Assembly (NCBI RefSeq): GCF_963921235.1
Contig: NC_086097.1
Location: forward strand, 181,042,001-181,106,000
Origin: Mobula hypostoma
Lineage: Eukaryota
Direction: 5' to 3'
Length of the DNA stretch: 64,000 nt
In this document: piece after piece, positions 13,569 to 27,808 of the stretch
How the letters are laid out: each line of letters starts with the position of its first letter
Numbering within the stretch: the stretch's first letter is position 1
The notes under the pieces: generated by a model
What the model was told of the DNA's origin: nothing
The model's database searches: none
What the model saw: the letters and a program-made list of their open reading frames with translations, nothing else
Made by a program: the position numbers and the translations under genes

Positions 13569-13879
13569 CTGTGTAGAAAGAAAACAGCTTGAGAGTGTGG
13601 GTGTGTTTGGGGGGGGGGGAGGTGGCGAACTCAGGTTGTGGTCAGAACCTATATCACTCTCAAGTGAATGCACAAAGCAAGCACTCACATAAAAGCCACA
13701 GCTGATGAAGGCTCCTTGGCCTGAAACATTAACTTTGCTTCTCTGTCCATCATAAAGTAATAGAACTTAGAACAGTACCTTTGGACCAACTCATCCATGT
13801 TGACTAGTTTGCCTAACTGAGCTACTCCCATATGCCCACATTTTACCCATAATGCTCTTGAGAGCGACACAGTAGCTTG

Positions 13880-14455
13880 GCTTTATAAGACACTAGTCAA
13901 GCCGTACTTGGAGTATTGTCAACAGTTTTGGGCCCCTTATCTCAGAAAGGATGTGTTGTCATTGAAGACAGTCCAGAGGAGGTTCACAAGGATGATTCTG
14001 GGAATGAAGGGGTTAACATATGAGGAGCATTTGGTAGCTTTGGGCCTGTACTCAGTGGAATTTAGAAGTTAGGGTGGGGGAGGGGAATCTCACTGAAACC
14101 TACTGAATGTTGAAAGGTCTAGATAAGGTGGATGCGGAGAGGATGTTTCCCATGGTGGGGATACCCAGAACTAGAGGGCACAGCCTCAAAATTGAGGGGC
14201 AACTTTTTAGAATGGAGGCAAGGATGATTTTTTTGAGCCAGAAAGTGGTGAATCTGTGGAATGCTCTGCTACAGGCTGCGGTAGAGGCCAAGTTTGTGGA
14301 AGTTAACAGATTCCTGATCGGTCAGGGCATCAAAGGATATGGTGAGAAGTCAGGTGTATGGGGTTGAGTGGGACTGGGATCAGCCATGATGGAATGGCAA
14401 AGCAGACTCGATGGGCTGAATAGCCTATTCTACTCTTATGTATTATGGTTTTATG
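13880..14455 (+). mobile_element. CR1 3' end
   Basis: ORF 14107-14367 DKVDAERMFP..RTRGHSLK..VVNLWNAL. Confidence 0.85.
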
Positions 14456-14469
14456 GGTTGGAATACCAG

Positions 14470-14680
14470 TGACTGAGGTCCAATTCTGCCGCTGTCTGTC
14501 AGGAATTTGCACATTCTTCCCATGACGATGTGCGTTTCCTCTGGGTGCACCAGTTTCCTCCCACATTCGAAAGACATGTGAGTTGATAGGCTAATTGGTC
14601 ACATGGGTATAAATGGGTAGTGTGGGCTTGTGGGGCCGGAGGGTCTTGTACTGTGCTGTATCTCTAAATAAATAATTAAA
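14470..14680 (+). mobile_element. tRNA-derived SINE (V-SINE/HE1-like); related copies at ~15680-15840 and ~36770-37070 on the minus strand
   Basis: 'tgcgtttcctctgggtgcaccagtttcctcccacattc' core and AT-rich tail. Confidence 0.6.
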
Positions 14681-15311
14681 CATTTCTTATCCACAACCTT
14701 ATCCAAATTTTGATTAAATAAATATTGTAATTGTTAACTTCTACCGTGTCCTCTGACAGCTCGTTCCATATATCCACCACCCTCTTTCTGAAAGAAGTTG
14801 CCCCTTAAATCCCTTTATAATCTCTCTCCTTTTGTATTTTTATTTACCACAGCAACCAACCTCAGATTACCCTGAAACTTAATAACTCTTCAACCCACTA
14901 AATCATGGATGGCATAGAAGAGCAACATGCCTCTCAGCTCACCATGTCTGTCCTGACCATAATGCCAATTTAACCTGCACATAGTCTGTGTTCCTCCATT
15001 CCTTGCCCGTTCATGCGTCCCTCTAAACATTGCTACTAAGTGCACTTCCATCACCTTCTCTGTGGCACTTCTCCCTCCACTCCCCTCACCTTAAACCTTG
15101 GCATTTTCACTCTGGAAAAACAGACCCTTTCTATGCTTTTCATAATTTTATATAACTTTGTTTCTGGTCATCCCTCTGTCGTTGACGCTGCAGAGAAAGC
15201 ATCAAGTCTCTTGTAGAAAAGGTATATTCGCCCATCCCATCAGCAGCCACAAGTCGTCAAGGTAGCACCTTTCAATCTCAGCTAGGATCTCGATTTTCCT
15301 GAAGGGCTTCA

Positions 15312-15587
<276 letters not shown>

Positions 15588-16829
15588 TCAATGACCAACA
15601 CTGTCCAAGGATGTGTTGGGGGCAGCACGGAAGTCTCATCATGCTTCTGGCACCAACACTGCATGCCCATAACTTATTTTCGGTCTTTGGAATGTGGGAA
15701 GAAACTGAAGCACCTGGAGGAAAACCACATCATGAGGAGAACATACAAACCTTTTCAAACAGTGGTAGGTACTGAATCTTGAACATTGGTGCTGTAAAGT
15801 GTAACACTAGCCACAATGTTACTGTGCCAACTACCTACCATGCCGGTCACAAGGAGAATAAGGAAATCCCTCTGAGAAGCAGGTCTGCTTTGGCAATGGT
15901 TGATGGAATAGTGTATTATTTTTACTTACTAAACTAAAGGAAAAAGTTAAATCCGATTCCTCCTTGGTATATGCTCATGTAGAATGAAAGTCTTTAAGAC
16001 AAAATGGTGTTAGCCTACCAGTTTGATTGTTTCGAAAACAATTTTAAGTCTACAACCTTGAGAGGAGATAATGATGAATGCAAGTTTGTGTAGAGAAGGT
16101 GAATCATTGTGCAGGTCCAGGTACCAAATGGTGCCTTATCATGAGACAGTACTTGTGCAAGGGGTTTTGAAGGGTACAAAAAGAAGCAATTTCTTTGTGC
16201 AAAGGGGAATCTTCTCTTAGGCATCATCGCATTATTTGCAAAATGCCCTTTGATAAATCAGAAAAGAAAATGTAATGCATTTTAAAATATTTTTGTAACC
16301 CAACTGGCATAGTCAGCAGGATTCAGCACAATGGGCACGAAGGTGGACAGACAACACCTATGATTTGACATCAGTAGCCAATATGATGACCACATGTTGC
16401 CCACCCATGTGCTGGACAGCCTAGATAGAAAGCAGTGGCAGTGACATCCTGGGTATGGTTACCATTCTGCTAATTAATATAATTTCCGCAGTGGGAGGAA
16501 AGTAAAGATATCGGCTGTTGGATTTTACTATGCACTTTCAAAATGACATATGACATATATTTGGCAGTGGAGCAACAAATGGCCACCCTCACTGAGAAAG
16601 TAGAATCGTAAAAAAGCAAAATGTCACTTTAACAGCGGCACATGAACAAGCTGACAAAGCCAAAACCCAGCAAACCACCCTAGCATGTAAACTGCTTAAA
16701 CCACAGCTGGAAGAATGGCAAAGCTGAGGGATCAGGATACAGATTCTGTCAAAGCAAGGGCATTAATGGCCAAGGAGATCCCAACAGCTGGGAATGCTAT
16801 ATATAGTATGACACTGACATCCGGCATGG

Positions 16830-17312
16830 TGACGGTCCCGAGGATCTCCCACTGAAGTATAATAAGATCAAGAAGGTTCAGTTGCTTGGCATTCAAGATG
16901 AAGAAGTAAATTGGATTAAACATTGGCTTTGCAGGAGAAGCCAGTAAGTGGTAGAGGCCTGTGACTAGTGAAGTACTGCAGGGTTTGGTGCCGTGCCCTT
17001 TGTTGCTTTCATCTGTATCAATGATCTAGATGATAAGGTGGTTAACTGAATCAGCAAATTTGGGGGACGCCAAGATTGTGGGTGTAGTGGACAGCGAGGA
17101 AGACTATAAATGCTTCCAGCAGGATCTGGACCAGATGGAAAATTGGGCTGAAAGGTGGTAGGTGGAATTTAATGCAGACAAATGTGAGGTGCTGCACTCT
17201 GGGAGGATCAACCAGGATAGGTCTAACACTGTGAGTAGAATGGCACTGGAAAGTGTGGTAGAACAAAGGGATCTGGAAATACAGGTCCACAATTCATTGA
17301 AAGTGACATCAC
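16830..17312 (+). mobile_element. CR1 RT fragment hosting the L1 insertion; resumes at 23128-23390
   Basis: EQRDLEIQVHNSLKV|ASQVDQVIKKAFG reads through once the L1 is removed. Confidence 0.85.
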
Positions 17313-17443
17313 GACTTCCGGGTCATCAAGGGAATGGCGGCGTAAGGAAAAGGTCTCTCGACAAAAAAGAAGGTAAACTGCCCCAAAATCGAATTTAGAC
17401 AAATACTTAATATTGCATAACTATATTAATAAAAGGGGCAAGG

Positions 17444-18346
17444 ATGATGTCTAAGAACAAGATTAAAAAGTCCGCTCCGAAGGCTGATAAACATAAAGAG
17501 ACGCAGCAAGGCGACGGGCCTAGCTCCCCCACGGCAAGCCAGGACGGAGATAACGAGGGGGAATCGGTGACTCTGTCTTTGATTCTCGGAGAGATTCGCA
17601 AGTTCCGACAAGATAACAGCAAACAGCTGGAAGATATTAAAGGAGAAATAGTTAAAACTAACTCGCGGATAGATGAAGCCGAAGCGAGGATTGTTGGAAT
17701 TGAAGAGAAGCTACAAAACGCCGAGGAAGTGATAGCAGAAATGCTGAAGCTACAAGACCAGCTCCAGTGGAAACTAATAGATCAAGAAGGCCGCTTGAGA
17801 AGGGAAAATGTGAGGATCTATGGAGTTCCCGAAGGAACTGAAGGTAAACCTGGATTGATGATTCCCTTCGTGGAGAAGCTACTTAGAGAGAACCTTGATA
17901 TACCGGCTGCAAAAGATCTACAGATAGAAAGGGCTCACCACGCGTTGGCACCACAGCCTCCGGCAGGCGCCCAGCCCAGATCGATTCTGGTCAGATTTCT
18001 CAGTTACAGAACGAAGGAAGAGGTGCTTAAAAGGGCATGGCAAAAGAAAGGTTTCATGTGGAATAACTGTAAAATCAGTTTAGACCACGACTACGCACCG
18101 GGGATTCTCGCCAGACGGAAGGAATATACGGAAACACGGAGAGTCCTGAAGGAAAACAACATCAGATTCCAGACCCTGTATCCAGCTCGGCTGAGAGTCT
18201 TTTACGACGAAGGGACAAAAACTTACGCTACGGTGGAGGAGGCAACGTTGGACCTGGCGGACCGGGGACTACCTATTAAAGTTATCACCCAACCGGAGTC
18301 GCTACTGGAGAGGATTCGGCAGAAGTCGTGGCAGTTAGTGGGGTGA
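17444..18346 (+). CDS. L1 ORF1p (coiled coil, RRM, CTD), 300 aa
   Basis: EGRLRRENVRIYGVPEG, IERAH, PRSILVRFL, LYPARLRV motifs; the stop may be a premature CGA>TGA change. Confidence 0.88.
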   Translation: MMSKNKIKKSAPKADKHKETQQGDGPSSPTASQDGDNEGESVTLSLILGEIRKFRQDNSKQLEDIKGEIVKTNSRIDEAEARIVGIEEKLQNAEEVIAEMLKLQDQLQWKLIDQEGRLRRENVRIYGVPEGTEGKPGLMIPFVEKLLRENLDIPAAKDLQIERAHHALAPQPPAGAQPRSILVRFLSYRTKEEVLKRAWQKKGFMWNNCKISLDHDYAPGILARRKEYTETRRVLKENNIRFQTLYPARLRVFYDEGTKTYATVEEATLDLADRGLPIKVITQPESLLERIRQKSWQLVG

Positions 18347-18788
18347 GGACGCTCCACACGAACCAGAGTGTCAAACTACAAGGAAAAGCTGCAAATATTC
18401 AGACGCGAATGTACACGAGAACACAGATTAATTAAGAGAAATGACTGAAAAGAGTAAATCGGACTTAAAGGTAAAATGAAAACTGGTAACTGAAAATAAA
18501 CTAGGCGGAATAACTTGAATGATAGCAATTTGGTCGAGACATAAATAGGAGAAAATTCTCTATGATTATTCAAACTGCTGAGGGCCCTCTAACACAGGGT
18601 GAAGATAGAGGTTATCCCTCTGAACTGAGGCGGGTCGGTGCTCAGGCCTCACCGTGGGAAGTCGGGAAAAATTTTCAAATGTTACACGTTCAAAAATGTC
18701 TAGGGTGTGGTTATATGTCTTGGTTTACTGTTGAGAAGGGATTGCTTACTGTTTGGTTAGAAGAGTGTTTTTTTTCTACTAGAGAAAA

Positions 18789-21700
18789 ATGCAAACTGAA
18801 TTGGTAAAAATAATTTCCTATAATGTTAATGGGGTTTTGAATCCAATTAAAAGAAATAAGATTATGTCTAAATTGAAAAAAGAGAGGGCACAAATAGCTT
18901 TCCTCCGGGAAACACGTATGAGCCAATCTGAACATAGAAAATTAAAAAGAATGGGCTTTAAGCATGTATTTTATTCATCATATAAATTGAGTTACTAAAG
19001 AGGGGTAGCTACTTTAATATCAAGTACTCTTAATTATGAACATATTTCAGAGACTAGAGACAAAGAAGGACGGTTCGTAAAAATCACAGGAAGAATAGAA
19101 GGTACAGAAATAACTTGCTGAATGTTTATGCTCCTCCAGATTGTGAATGGTCATTTTATAGACACATTTTTGACCTAATGGTCAGTTCTCAAGGGGTAGT
19201 AATTTGTGGAGGGGATTTTAATATCAGATTAAATCCTATATTAGATTCTTCAAGAATCATTACTCAGAATAAATCTCTGACTCGGAAAGTGAATTCATTG
19301 ATGGAGGAGTTGGGAATTATAGATGTCTGGAGGGAATTACACCCTATTAGTAAAGATTATACATATTACTCTTTCCCTCATTCAGCCTATTCAAGGATAG
19401 ACTATTTCTTTATCTTTAATACAGATAGACTCAGGATAAAAAACTGTAATATTGCAACAATTGATCTGTCGGATCATAGCCCAGTCTCTATGTCTCTAAT
19501 CCTGGAAAGGAAAATGAGGAAAACACTATGGAGGCTAAACTCACATATACTCAATAACCCGAAAGTAATGGAGAGATTAAGGGGAGAAATCAAAGAATAT
19601 CTAGACCTTAATGACACGGGAGAAACATCACCAGTGATCTTATGGGATACATTGAAAGCTGTACTGAGAGGGAAAATTATTTCCATTACCACTCACATGA
19701 AAAAAATCAATGCACAAAAATTAGCAGACCTTCAAGGAAAATTAAAACAACTTCAAGTTGTAGATAGCAACAAAAGTAATTCAAATCGAAAACAGGAAAT
19801 TAGGAAATTGCAAAGTGAAATTGACGATATTTATACGTTGGAAACTCAAAGAAATTTTCTTTACTTGAGACAAAAGAATTATGAAGTAGGAGGTAAATCA
19901 GCTAGATTATTAGCATATAAATTATGAAAACAACAAGCAGACAATACAATTCATAAAATAAAGAATCCAAAGACAAAGCTTGTGGAGAGTACAATAGGGA
20001 AAATTCAAGAGAGTTTTGAAACATATTATCGAGAGCTGTACTCCCAACCCCGGGCCCCCAGTGAGCCCTATATAGACAGTGTATTGAATTTTTTAGATCT
20101 ACCTAAACTTACAGATTTACAAAATGAAAGTTTATTAGAATCGGTAACCGTCAAAGAACTGAACATGGCCATCTCTAGGTTAAAGGCTGGAAAGTCCCCG
20201 GGTTCTGATGGGTTTACATCAGAGTGGTACAAGTCCCTGAAGACACAGTTAGCCCCATTACTACTTAACACCTTTAATTGGATCTTGCAGAGAGGAGAAA
20301 CTCCACCTTCCTGGAGAGAAGCGATTATTTCAGTTATTCCTAAAGAGGGCAAAGATAAACTAGAATGTGGCAATTATCGGCCAATTAGTGTTCTTAATTT
20401 AGATTACAAACTATTTACATATATATTAGCCTGCAGATTGGAAAAGCTTTTACCTGGCCTAATCCACTTAGACCAGACTGGGTTTATTCAACAAAGACAA
20501 ACACAGGACAACATAAGGAGAACTCTGCACATATTAGAACAGGTTAATAAGAACGAGACAGAGACAATGGTAGTAGGATTGGACGCTGAGAAAGCTTTTG
20601 ATTCGGTTAGTTGGGCATTCCTATACAGAGTGTCAGGAAGATTCGGCTTTCAAGAAAAGTTTATTAAAGTAATTCAGACTCTATATGACAGCCCTACAGC
20701 CCGAATTAAGATAAATGGGGACCTCTCTGACTCCTTCATCTTAGAGAGAGGCACTAGACAGGGATGTCCAATTTCTCCTCTCCTTTTTGCGCTATATATT
20801 GAACCGCTTGCCCAACTAATAAGACAGAGCGAAATCGTAAAAGGTATCAAGGTGGCAGGGATTGAACAGAAAGTGGCGTTATTCGCAGATGATGTTTTGG
20901 TCTATCTGAGTGAACCAGAAAAATCATTTATAGGATCGTTTACACTGTTGGATGACTTTGGGAAAATATCAGGTTATAAAATAAATGTAAAGAAAATGCA
21001 GGTTATGTCCCTAAATTATACACCATCCAAAAAATTGCAGGATACATACGATCTTAAGTGGGAAGCTAAATCAATAAAATATTTAGGAATAACCCTGCCG
21101 AAGGATCTTTCAACACTGTCACAGATAAATTATGGGCCATTAATCTCAGAGATAAAAGCAGATATGCATAGATGGAATCTTATCCCTTTTTAAGTTTAAA
21201 TTCAAGGATAAATACTATAAAAATGAATATTCTTCCTCGGTTATTGTATCTTTTCCGTACTTTACCGGTGGAGGTGGATGATAATCAATTCAGGGAATGG
21301 GACAAATGGATTTCCCACTTCATTTGGCAAGGAAAGAAACCTAGAATTCGATATAACACCTTACAGTTAGGGAAGGAAGGAGGAGGTATGGTTCTTCCTT
21401 GCCTGAGAAATTATTTTTATGCCTCACAGATAACCCCTCTGTTATATTGGTGTAATAGGGAATATAAGGCTAGATGGAAGGAAATAGAATTTGGATTAGT
21501 TGACAGTTTTCCTCTACAGGCCTCAACAGCTGACAAAGGATTGATGGCCCAGTTGGAAAAATTTAAAAACAGTTGGATAAATCTTACATTAAAAGTATGG
21601 CAGAAGGTGGTTAATTCATGTGGAATCAATAACATGTTAAAACTCTTTAGATGGTGTGCATATGATACCGAATTCCTTCCCAACAGAGGAGATAAAAGAT

Positions 21701-22575
21701 TTGAGCTATGGATAAAGAAAGGTCTTACAACCTACCTCTCATTTATAGATAAAAGAGTATTACAAAGTTTCCAAATCCTGTAGGACAAACATGGCCCAGA
21801 ACATAATGACTTTTTTAGGTACCTTCAAGCACGAAACTATGTTAACCAGAGTTGTAGATATACAGACCTATCAGCAGTAGAATTAGAATTTTTCAAGATT
21901 CTGAATTCGGCTTGCAGTTCAATACCTAGTAAATCAGTTTCTCGATTATATAATGCACTCTCCCATGCTAAAAATGTAAATACACTGTATATTAAAGAGA
22001 AGTGGGAGAAAGAAGCGGGGTTGGTACTTTCAGAGGAGGCTTGGGGGAAAATCTGCAGCTTTCAATGGTCCTCGACTAATTCTTTGACTTGGAGAGAACA
22101 TTGTTGGAAAAACATTATAAGATACTTCAAGACCCCATATCAGGAAAAATATAAAGATACAAGTGTGATGTGTTGGAGAAGGTGCGGCTCCAAGGAGGCA
22201 AATCATTTTCATATTTTCTGGGATTGCCCTAAATTAAGTCTATTTTGGGAAGGTATTCATAGAACATTAGTTAAGGTACTTAGGTCCCAGATACCTCTGA
22301 ACTTTGAGATGCTCTATTTGGGGCATGTATTGTTTCTTGAACAGAAGGAAGATATAAAGTTGCTGCAGGCCCTCTTAGCGGCAAGGAAGAAATCAATCAC
22401 TAGAAAATGGCTAAATCCAATATCACCTACATTAGAAGATTGGTACGAAATTATCTTGGAAATATTTAAAATGGAAAAGTTGATTTACTCCCTGAGAATT
22501 CAAAAAGAAAAATTTTATCAAATCTGGAATAAATGGATTGAATATATAACCCCAATGCGAGCAGACTTTAGATGA
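18789..22575 (+). pseudogene. L1 ORF2 (APE endonuclease-RT-CCHC), disrupted by 3 in-frame stops and 2 frameshifts
   Basis: SYNVNG, GGDFN, SRIDY, SDH; KSPGSDG, LDAEKAFD, GTRQGCP, LFADD, YLGI; CWRRC..H.FWDC; stops at ~18998, 19927, 21783; frameshifts at ~19113 and ~21190. Confidence 0.92.
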
Positions 22576-23389
22576 CTCTCCTAATGATTTATACTGCTCT
22601 TCTCATCAACACAGTAATATTGCTAACGTAAGCACCCCTAGTCTAAATGTCTGTTTTTTTTGTTTTCTTTTGGAAAATAGAGAATTAACACAAGGGAAAG
22701 ATTTGGGAAAGGGATAAAAAAAATGAAAAAATTAAGTAAATAAGTACATAGGGATTGGATAATTATGTCTGCGGGCAGGAGCAAGCATGAACAAAGTAGG
22801 ATATAAACATCTACAATGGTTGTTACATAGGCTTATATACAACATTTTGGAACAGTGGAAATGGTCCAGAAGGGTTATATGGAAACTATTATTACCATTT
22901 TTCTTAACAACTCATTCCATTACTTAGCCTAATAGGTTAGATTTACCACAGTACATAATTATCTATTTAAGTGTTTATTTTCCTTTTATATCATCTCAAT
23001 GTGTACTTAAGAATGTATAAATAATTGTAGCTTTATTCATATAAAAAAAGGAAAAGGTTATATGTGTGAAAAAAGTACATGATATTTGTGAATTCCTTAT
23101 CCAAATAAAATTAAAATTAAAAAAAAAGGAAGTGGCATCACAGGTAGATCAGGTCATAAAGAAAGCTTTTGGCACATCGGTCTTCATAGATCAAAGTACT
23201 AAGGACAAGAGTTGGGATGTGATGTTGAAGTTGTATAAGATGTTGGTGAGACCTATTTCTGGTCACCTACTTACAGGAAAGATATAAGTAAGATTGAAAG
23301 AGTGCAGGGAAAATTTACAAGGATGTTGCCAGGACTGGAGCACTTGAGTTATAAGGAAAGACTGAATCGGTCAGAACTTTATTCGCTAG

Positions 23390-26300
23390 ACTGTAATAGA
23401 GCTTTGACCAGCGGCCAACCCAGACATCTGAAGTTTGGAGAGAAGGGTAGTTCAGTTAGATCCACTGCCTGAAGATAAAAGGCAGCAGAGGTAGTGGCAG
23501 TGTAATAGAGCTTTGACCAACGGCCAATCCAGATATTGGAAATTTGGAGAGGAAGGAATTTCAATCAGGTCCACTACCCAAACAGGTCGCGGCAGCATGG
23601 TAGTGCTTTGACCAATGACCTATCGACGTCTAGGATTGATTAGTAAGAGCAAATAAAAGGAAGGCGAGGGTGGCCTTGAGGCTGCAGCTCTTCAAGGCTT
23701 CCACAAAGAGAAACCTCAGACAGGGAAAGCAAAGGAAAGAAAAAGAGCCCTGATGAAGGGTCTCAGCCCGAAACGTCGACTGTGCTTCTTCCTATGGATG
23801 CTGTCTGGCTTGCTGCGTTCCACCAGCATTTCGTGTGTGTTGCTTCAATTTCCAGCACCTGCAGGTTTCCTCATGTTTGTGTTTTTAAAAGAAAAACTCA
23901 CGTTATTTTTTTTTCTCTTCTTTATATCTGCTCAGCTAGGACAGTAGAGATGCCAGGCAGGAGAGTGAAATGCTCCTCTTGTGGGATGTGGAAAGGCCCT
24001 GACAACTAAAACTGCAAGAAGTGCAACCAGCTGCAGCTTCTAACAAACCGTGTTAAGGAGTTGGAGCTGGAACTGGATGAACCCCGGATCATTCGGAAGG
24101 CCAAGGGCATGATAGATTCGGACATATAAAGAGGTAGTTACACCCAAGGTGCAGGACACAGAAAACTGGGTGTACCCTTGTGGCCATGCCCCTCAACAAC
24201 AGGTATCTCACGTTGGATACTATCGGAGGGGATGACCTAACAGAGGGAAGTCACAGTGGTCGGATCTCTGGCATGGAGTCCGCCTCTGTGACTCTGAAGG
24301 GAAAAGGGAGAAGAGGCACTCTGTGGTGATTGGGAATCCATTAATTAGGAGAACAGATAGGTGGTTCTGTGGGTGAGAACAAGATTCCAGGATGGTATGT
24401 TGCCTTCTGGGTGCCAAGGTCCAGGATATCTTGGATCAAGTCAAAGTGGGAGGGTGAACAGCCATAAGTCACATAGGTACCAATAACTTGGGCAGGGCAA
24501 GTGATTAGGTTCTGCATATAGAGTTGGATATTAAGTTAAAGGGCAAGACCTCCAGGGTTGTGATATCAGGGTTGCTACCCATGCCACGTGCTAATGAGGC
24601 CAGAACATGGAACATTATACAGTTTAATATGTGGCTAAGGAGTTGGTGTAGGAGGGAGAGCATAAGATTTTTGCATCATTGGGCTCTCTTCCAGGGAAGG
24701 TGGGATCTGTACAGAAGGGACGGTTTGCACCTGAACTGGAGGGGGACTAATATCCTAGCGGGAAGGTTTGTTAATGCTGCACAGAGGGGCTTAAGCTAGA
24801 GTTGCAGGGGGATGGGAACCAGAACAGAGTGCCAGAACAGTTAGTGCAGAGGTTGTGGATGCAGATGTTGGTAAGACCTCAGACAAGGTTAGGAATCAAA
24901 AGGTTGAGCATGCTGCGATTAGTGTCCCGAGCTGGCTATACTTCAATGCAAGAAGGAACACGGGAAAGACGGATAATAGTGTTGAAGATGGAGTAGCTGG
25001 TTTACAAACAAAGGCAATGTGTAGCAGGGAGAGGCTGATGATAGGGCAAAATTGCTACAGGATGGCTGCCATTGGGAGCTGAACGTCCAAGGATATATGG
25101 TGTATTGGAAAGATTGGTTAGTAGGCAGGAGCGGGTGGTGAGGCCCTGTGTATAAGAAATAATATTAAATCATTAGAAAGGGATGACATAGGATCGGAAG
25201 GTGCAGAGTCTCTATGGACTGAGTTAAGAATTGGCAAGGGTTAAAGGACTCTAATGGCAGTTGTATACAGGCCTCCAAACAGCAGCCGGGATGTGGATTA
25301 CAAATTACAGCAGGAGATAGAAAAGGCGTGTCAGAATGGCAATGTCATGATAATCATTGGGGAATTTAACATGAAAGTGGATTGGGAGAACCAGGTCAGT
25401 ACTGGACCTCAAGAGAGAGAATTTGTAGAAAGTCTAAGGGATGGCTTTTTAGAACAGCTTGTGGTTGAGCCTATAAGGGGGTTGGCTGTGCTGGATTGGG
25501 TGTTGTGCAATGATCCAGAGGTGATAAGAGAGCTTAAGGTTAAGGAACCATGAGGGAACAGTGATCACAATATGATCGAGTTCACTTTGAAATTTGAGAA
25601 GGAGAAACTAAATTCCAATATGTTGGTATTTCAGTGGAATAAAGGAAATTACAATGGCACAAGAGGGGAACTTGCCAAAGTTAACTGGAAAGGGACACTA
25701 GCAGGAAGGACAGCAGAGGAGCAATGGCTGGAGTTTCTGCGAAAAATGAGGGAAGTGCAAGATGGATATATTCCAAATAATACGAAATTTTTGAATGGAA
25801 GAAGGACACTACCATGGCTGACAAGACAGAGCCAAAGTAAAAGCAAAACAAAGGGCATACAAGGAAGCCAAAGCTAGTGGGAAGATAGAGGATTGGGAAG
25901 CTTTTAAAAACTTGTAGAAGGAAACTAAGAAGGTCATTAGGAAGAAAAAGATGAGTTATGGAAAGAATCTGGCGACTAATATCAAGGAGGATACTAAAAG
26001 CTTTTTTAAGTATATAAAGGGTAAAAGACAGTCAAGAATAGATACAGGACCAATAGAAAATGACGCTGGAGATATTATAATGAGAGATGCAGAAATGGCA
26101 GAGGAAATGAATGTGTATTTTGCATCAGTCTTCACAGTGAAGACATCTGCAGTATACCAGACATTCAAGAGTGTCAGGGAAGCGAAGTATGCACAGTGAA
26201 AATTACGACTGAGAAGGTGTTCAAGCAGCTTAATGGTCTGAGGGTGAAAAAATCTCCTGGACCTGATGGAATGCACCCTCAGGTTCTAAAGGAAGTAGCT

Positions 26301-27808
26301 CGAGAAATTGCAGAGGCATTAACCAATGATCTTTCAAGAACTGAGAGATTCTGGCATTGTACCGGACGACTGGAAAATTGCAAATGTTATTCTGCTATTT
26401 AAGAAGGATGGGAGGCAGCAGAAAGGAAACTATAGACCTGTTAGCCTGACATCAGTGGTTGGGAATTTGTTGGAATCAATTGTTAGTGATGAGATTACGG
26501 AATGCCTGGAGACAAATGACAAGATAAGCCAAAGCCAGCATGGTTTCCTGAAAGGAAAATCTTGCCTGACAACCTTACTGCAATTCTTTGAGGAAATTAC
26601 AAGCGGGGTAGACAACGGAGATACAGAAGACATGGCGTACTACTACATGGTGTACTCGGATTTTCAGAAGGCCTTTGACAAGGTGCCACACATGAGGCCT
26701 CTTAGCAAGATAAGAGCCCATGGAGTTACAGGGGAATTACTAGCACGGGTGAAGCATTGGCTGATCAGCAGAAAACAGAGAGTGGGAAGGAAGGGATCCT
26801 ATTCTGGCTGGCTGGGGGTCAGTGTTGGGACCACTGCTTTTTACCATTTATGTCAATGATCTGGACTGTGAGATTAATAGATTTGTGGCTAATTTTGTCG
26901 ATGATACAAAGATAGGTGGAGGAGCGGGTAATGTTGAAGAAACAGAGATCCTGCAGAGAGACTTAGATTGTTTAGGGGAATGGGCAAAGAAGTGACAAAT
27001 GAAATACAATGTTGTAAAGTTAATGGTCATGCACTTTGGTGGAAGAAATAAACGGGCAAACTATTATTTAGATGGGGAGAAGTCAAAATGCAGTGATGCA
27101 AAGGGACTTGGGGGTCCTTGTGCAGGATACCCTAAAGGTTAACCTCCAGGCTGAGTTGATGGTGAAGAAGGCAAATACAATGTTGGTATTCATTTCTAGA
27201 AGTATAGAATATAAGAGCAGGGATGTTATGTTGAGGCTCTATAAGGCACTCGTGAGACCACACTTGAGAATATTGTGTGCAGTTCGGGGCTCCTTATTTT
27301 AGAAAGGATATACTGACATTGGAGAGGGTTCAGAGAAGATTCACAAGAATGATTCCAGGAATGAAAGGGTTACCATATAAGGAACGCCTGGCAGCTCTTG
27401 GGCTGTATTCTCCGGAGTTCAGGAGAATGATGGGGAGAATAGAAACATTCTGAACAGATTAGATATGGCAAAGTTATTTCCCATGGTAGGGGCGTCTAGG
27501 ACAAGAGGGCACAACTTCAGGATTGAAGGACTTCCATTTAGAACAGAGATGCGGAGAAATTAATTGAGTCAGAGGTGGTAAATCTCTGGAAATTGTTGCC
27601 ACGAAAGGCTGTGGAGGTCAAGTCATTGGGTGTATTTTTGAGGCAGAAATAGATAGGTTCTTGATTAACCAGGGCATCAAAAGGTATGGGGAGAAGGCAG
27701 GGGAGTGGGAATGTCTGGAAGAATTGGATCAGCCCATGATTGAATGGCAGAGTAGACTCGATGGGTCATATGGCCCACTTCTGCTCCTATATCTTATGGT
27801 CTTATGGT
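23390..27808 (+). mobile_element. Decayed near-full-length CR1 (5'UTR with ~110-bp duplicated unit, zinc-finger/esterase ORF1, EN, RT, 3' end); probably composite
   Basis: CSSCGMW..CKKC, RDGLHLNWRGT, YRPPNS, KSPGPDG, GNYRPVSLTS, DFQKAFDKVPH; tail tcttatggtcttatgg. Confidence 0.85.

Larger units (their letters stand above)
17313..23127 (+). mobile_element. Full-length L1-clade non-LTR retrotransposon (~5.8 kb)
   Basis: Starts gacttccgg; ORF1 plus ORF2; AATAAA at 23104 and A-tail; TSD gaaagtgacatcac 17299-17312 / ggaagtggcatcac 23128-23141. Confidence 0.93.

Noticed and set aside
16060..16400. Box C motifs (atgatga) suggesting snoRNAs
   Set aside because: Antisense to the host gene, and no convincing D box with terminal stem was seen
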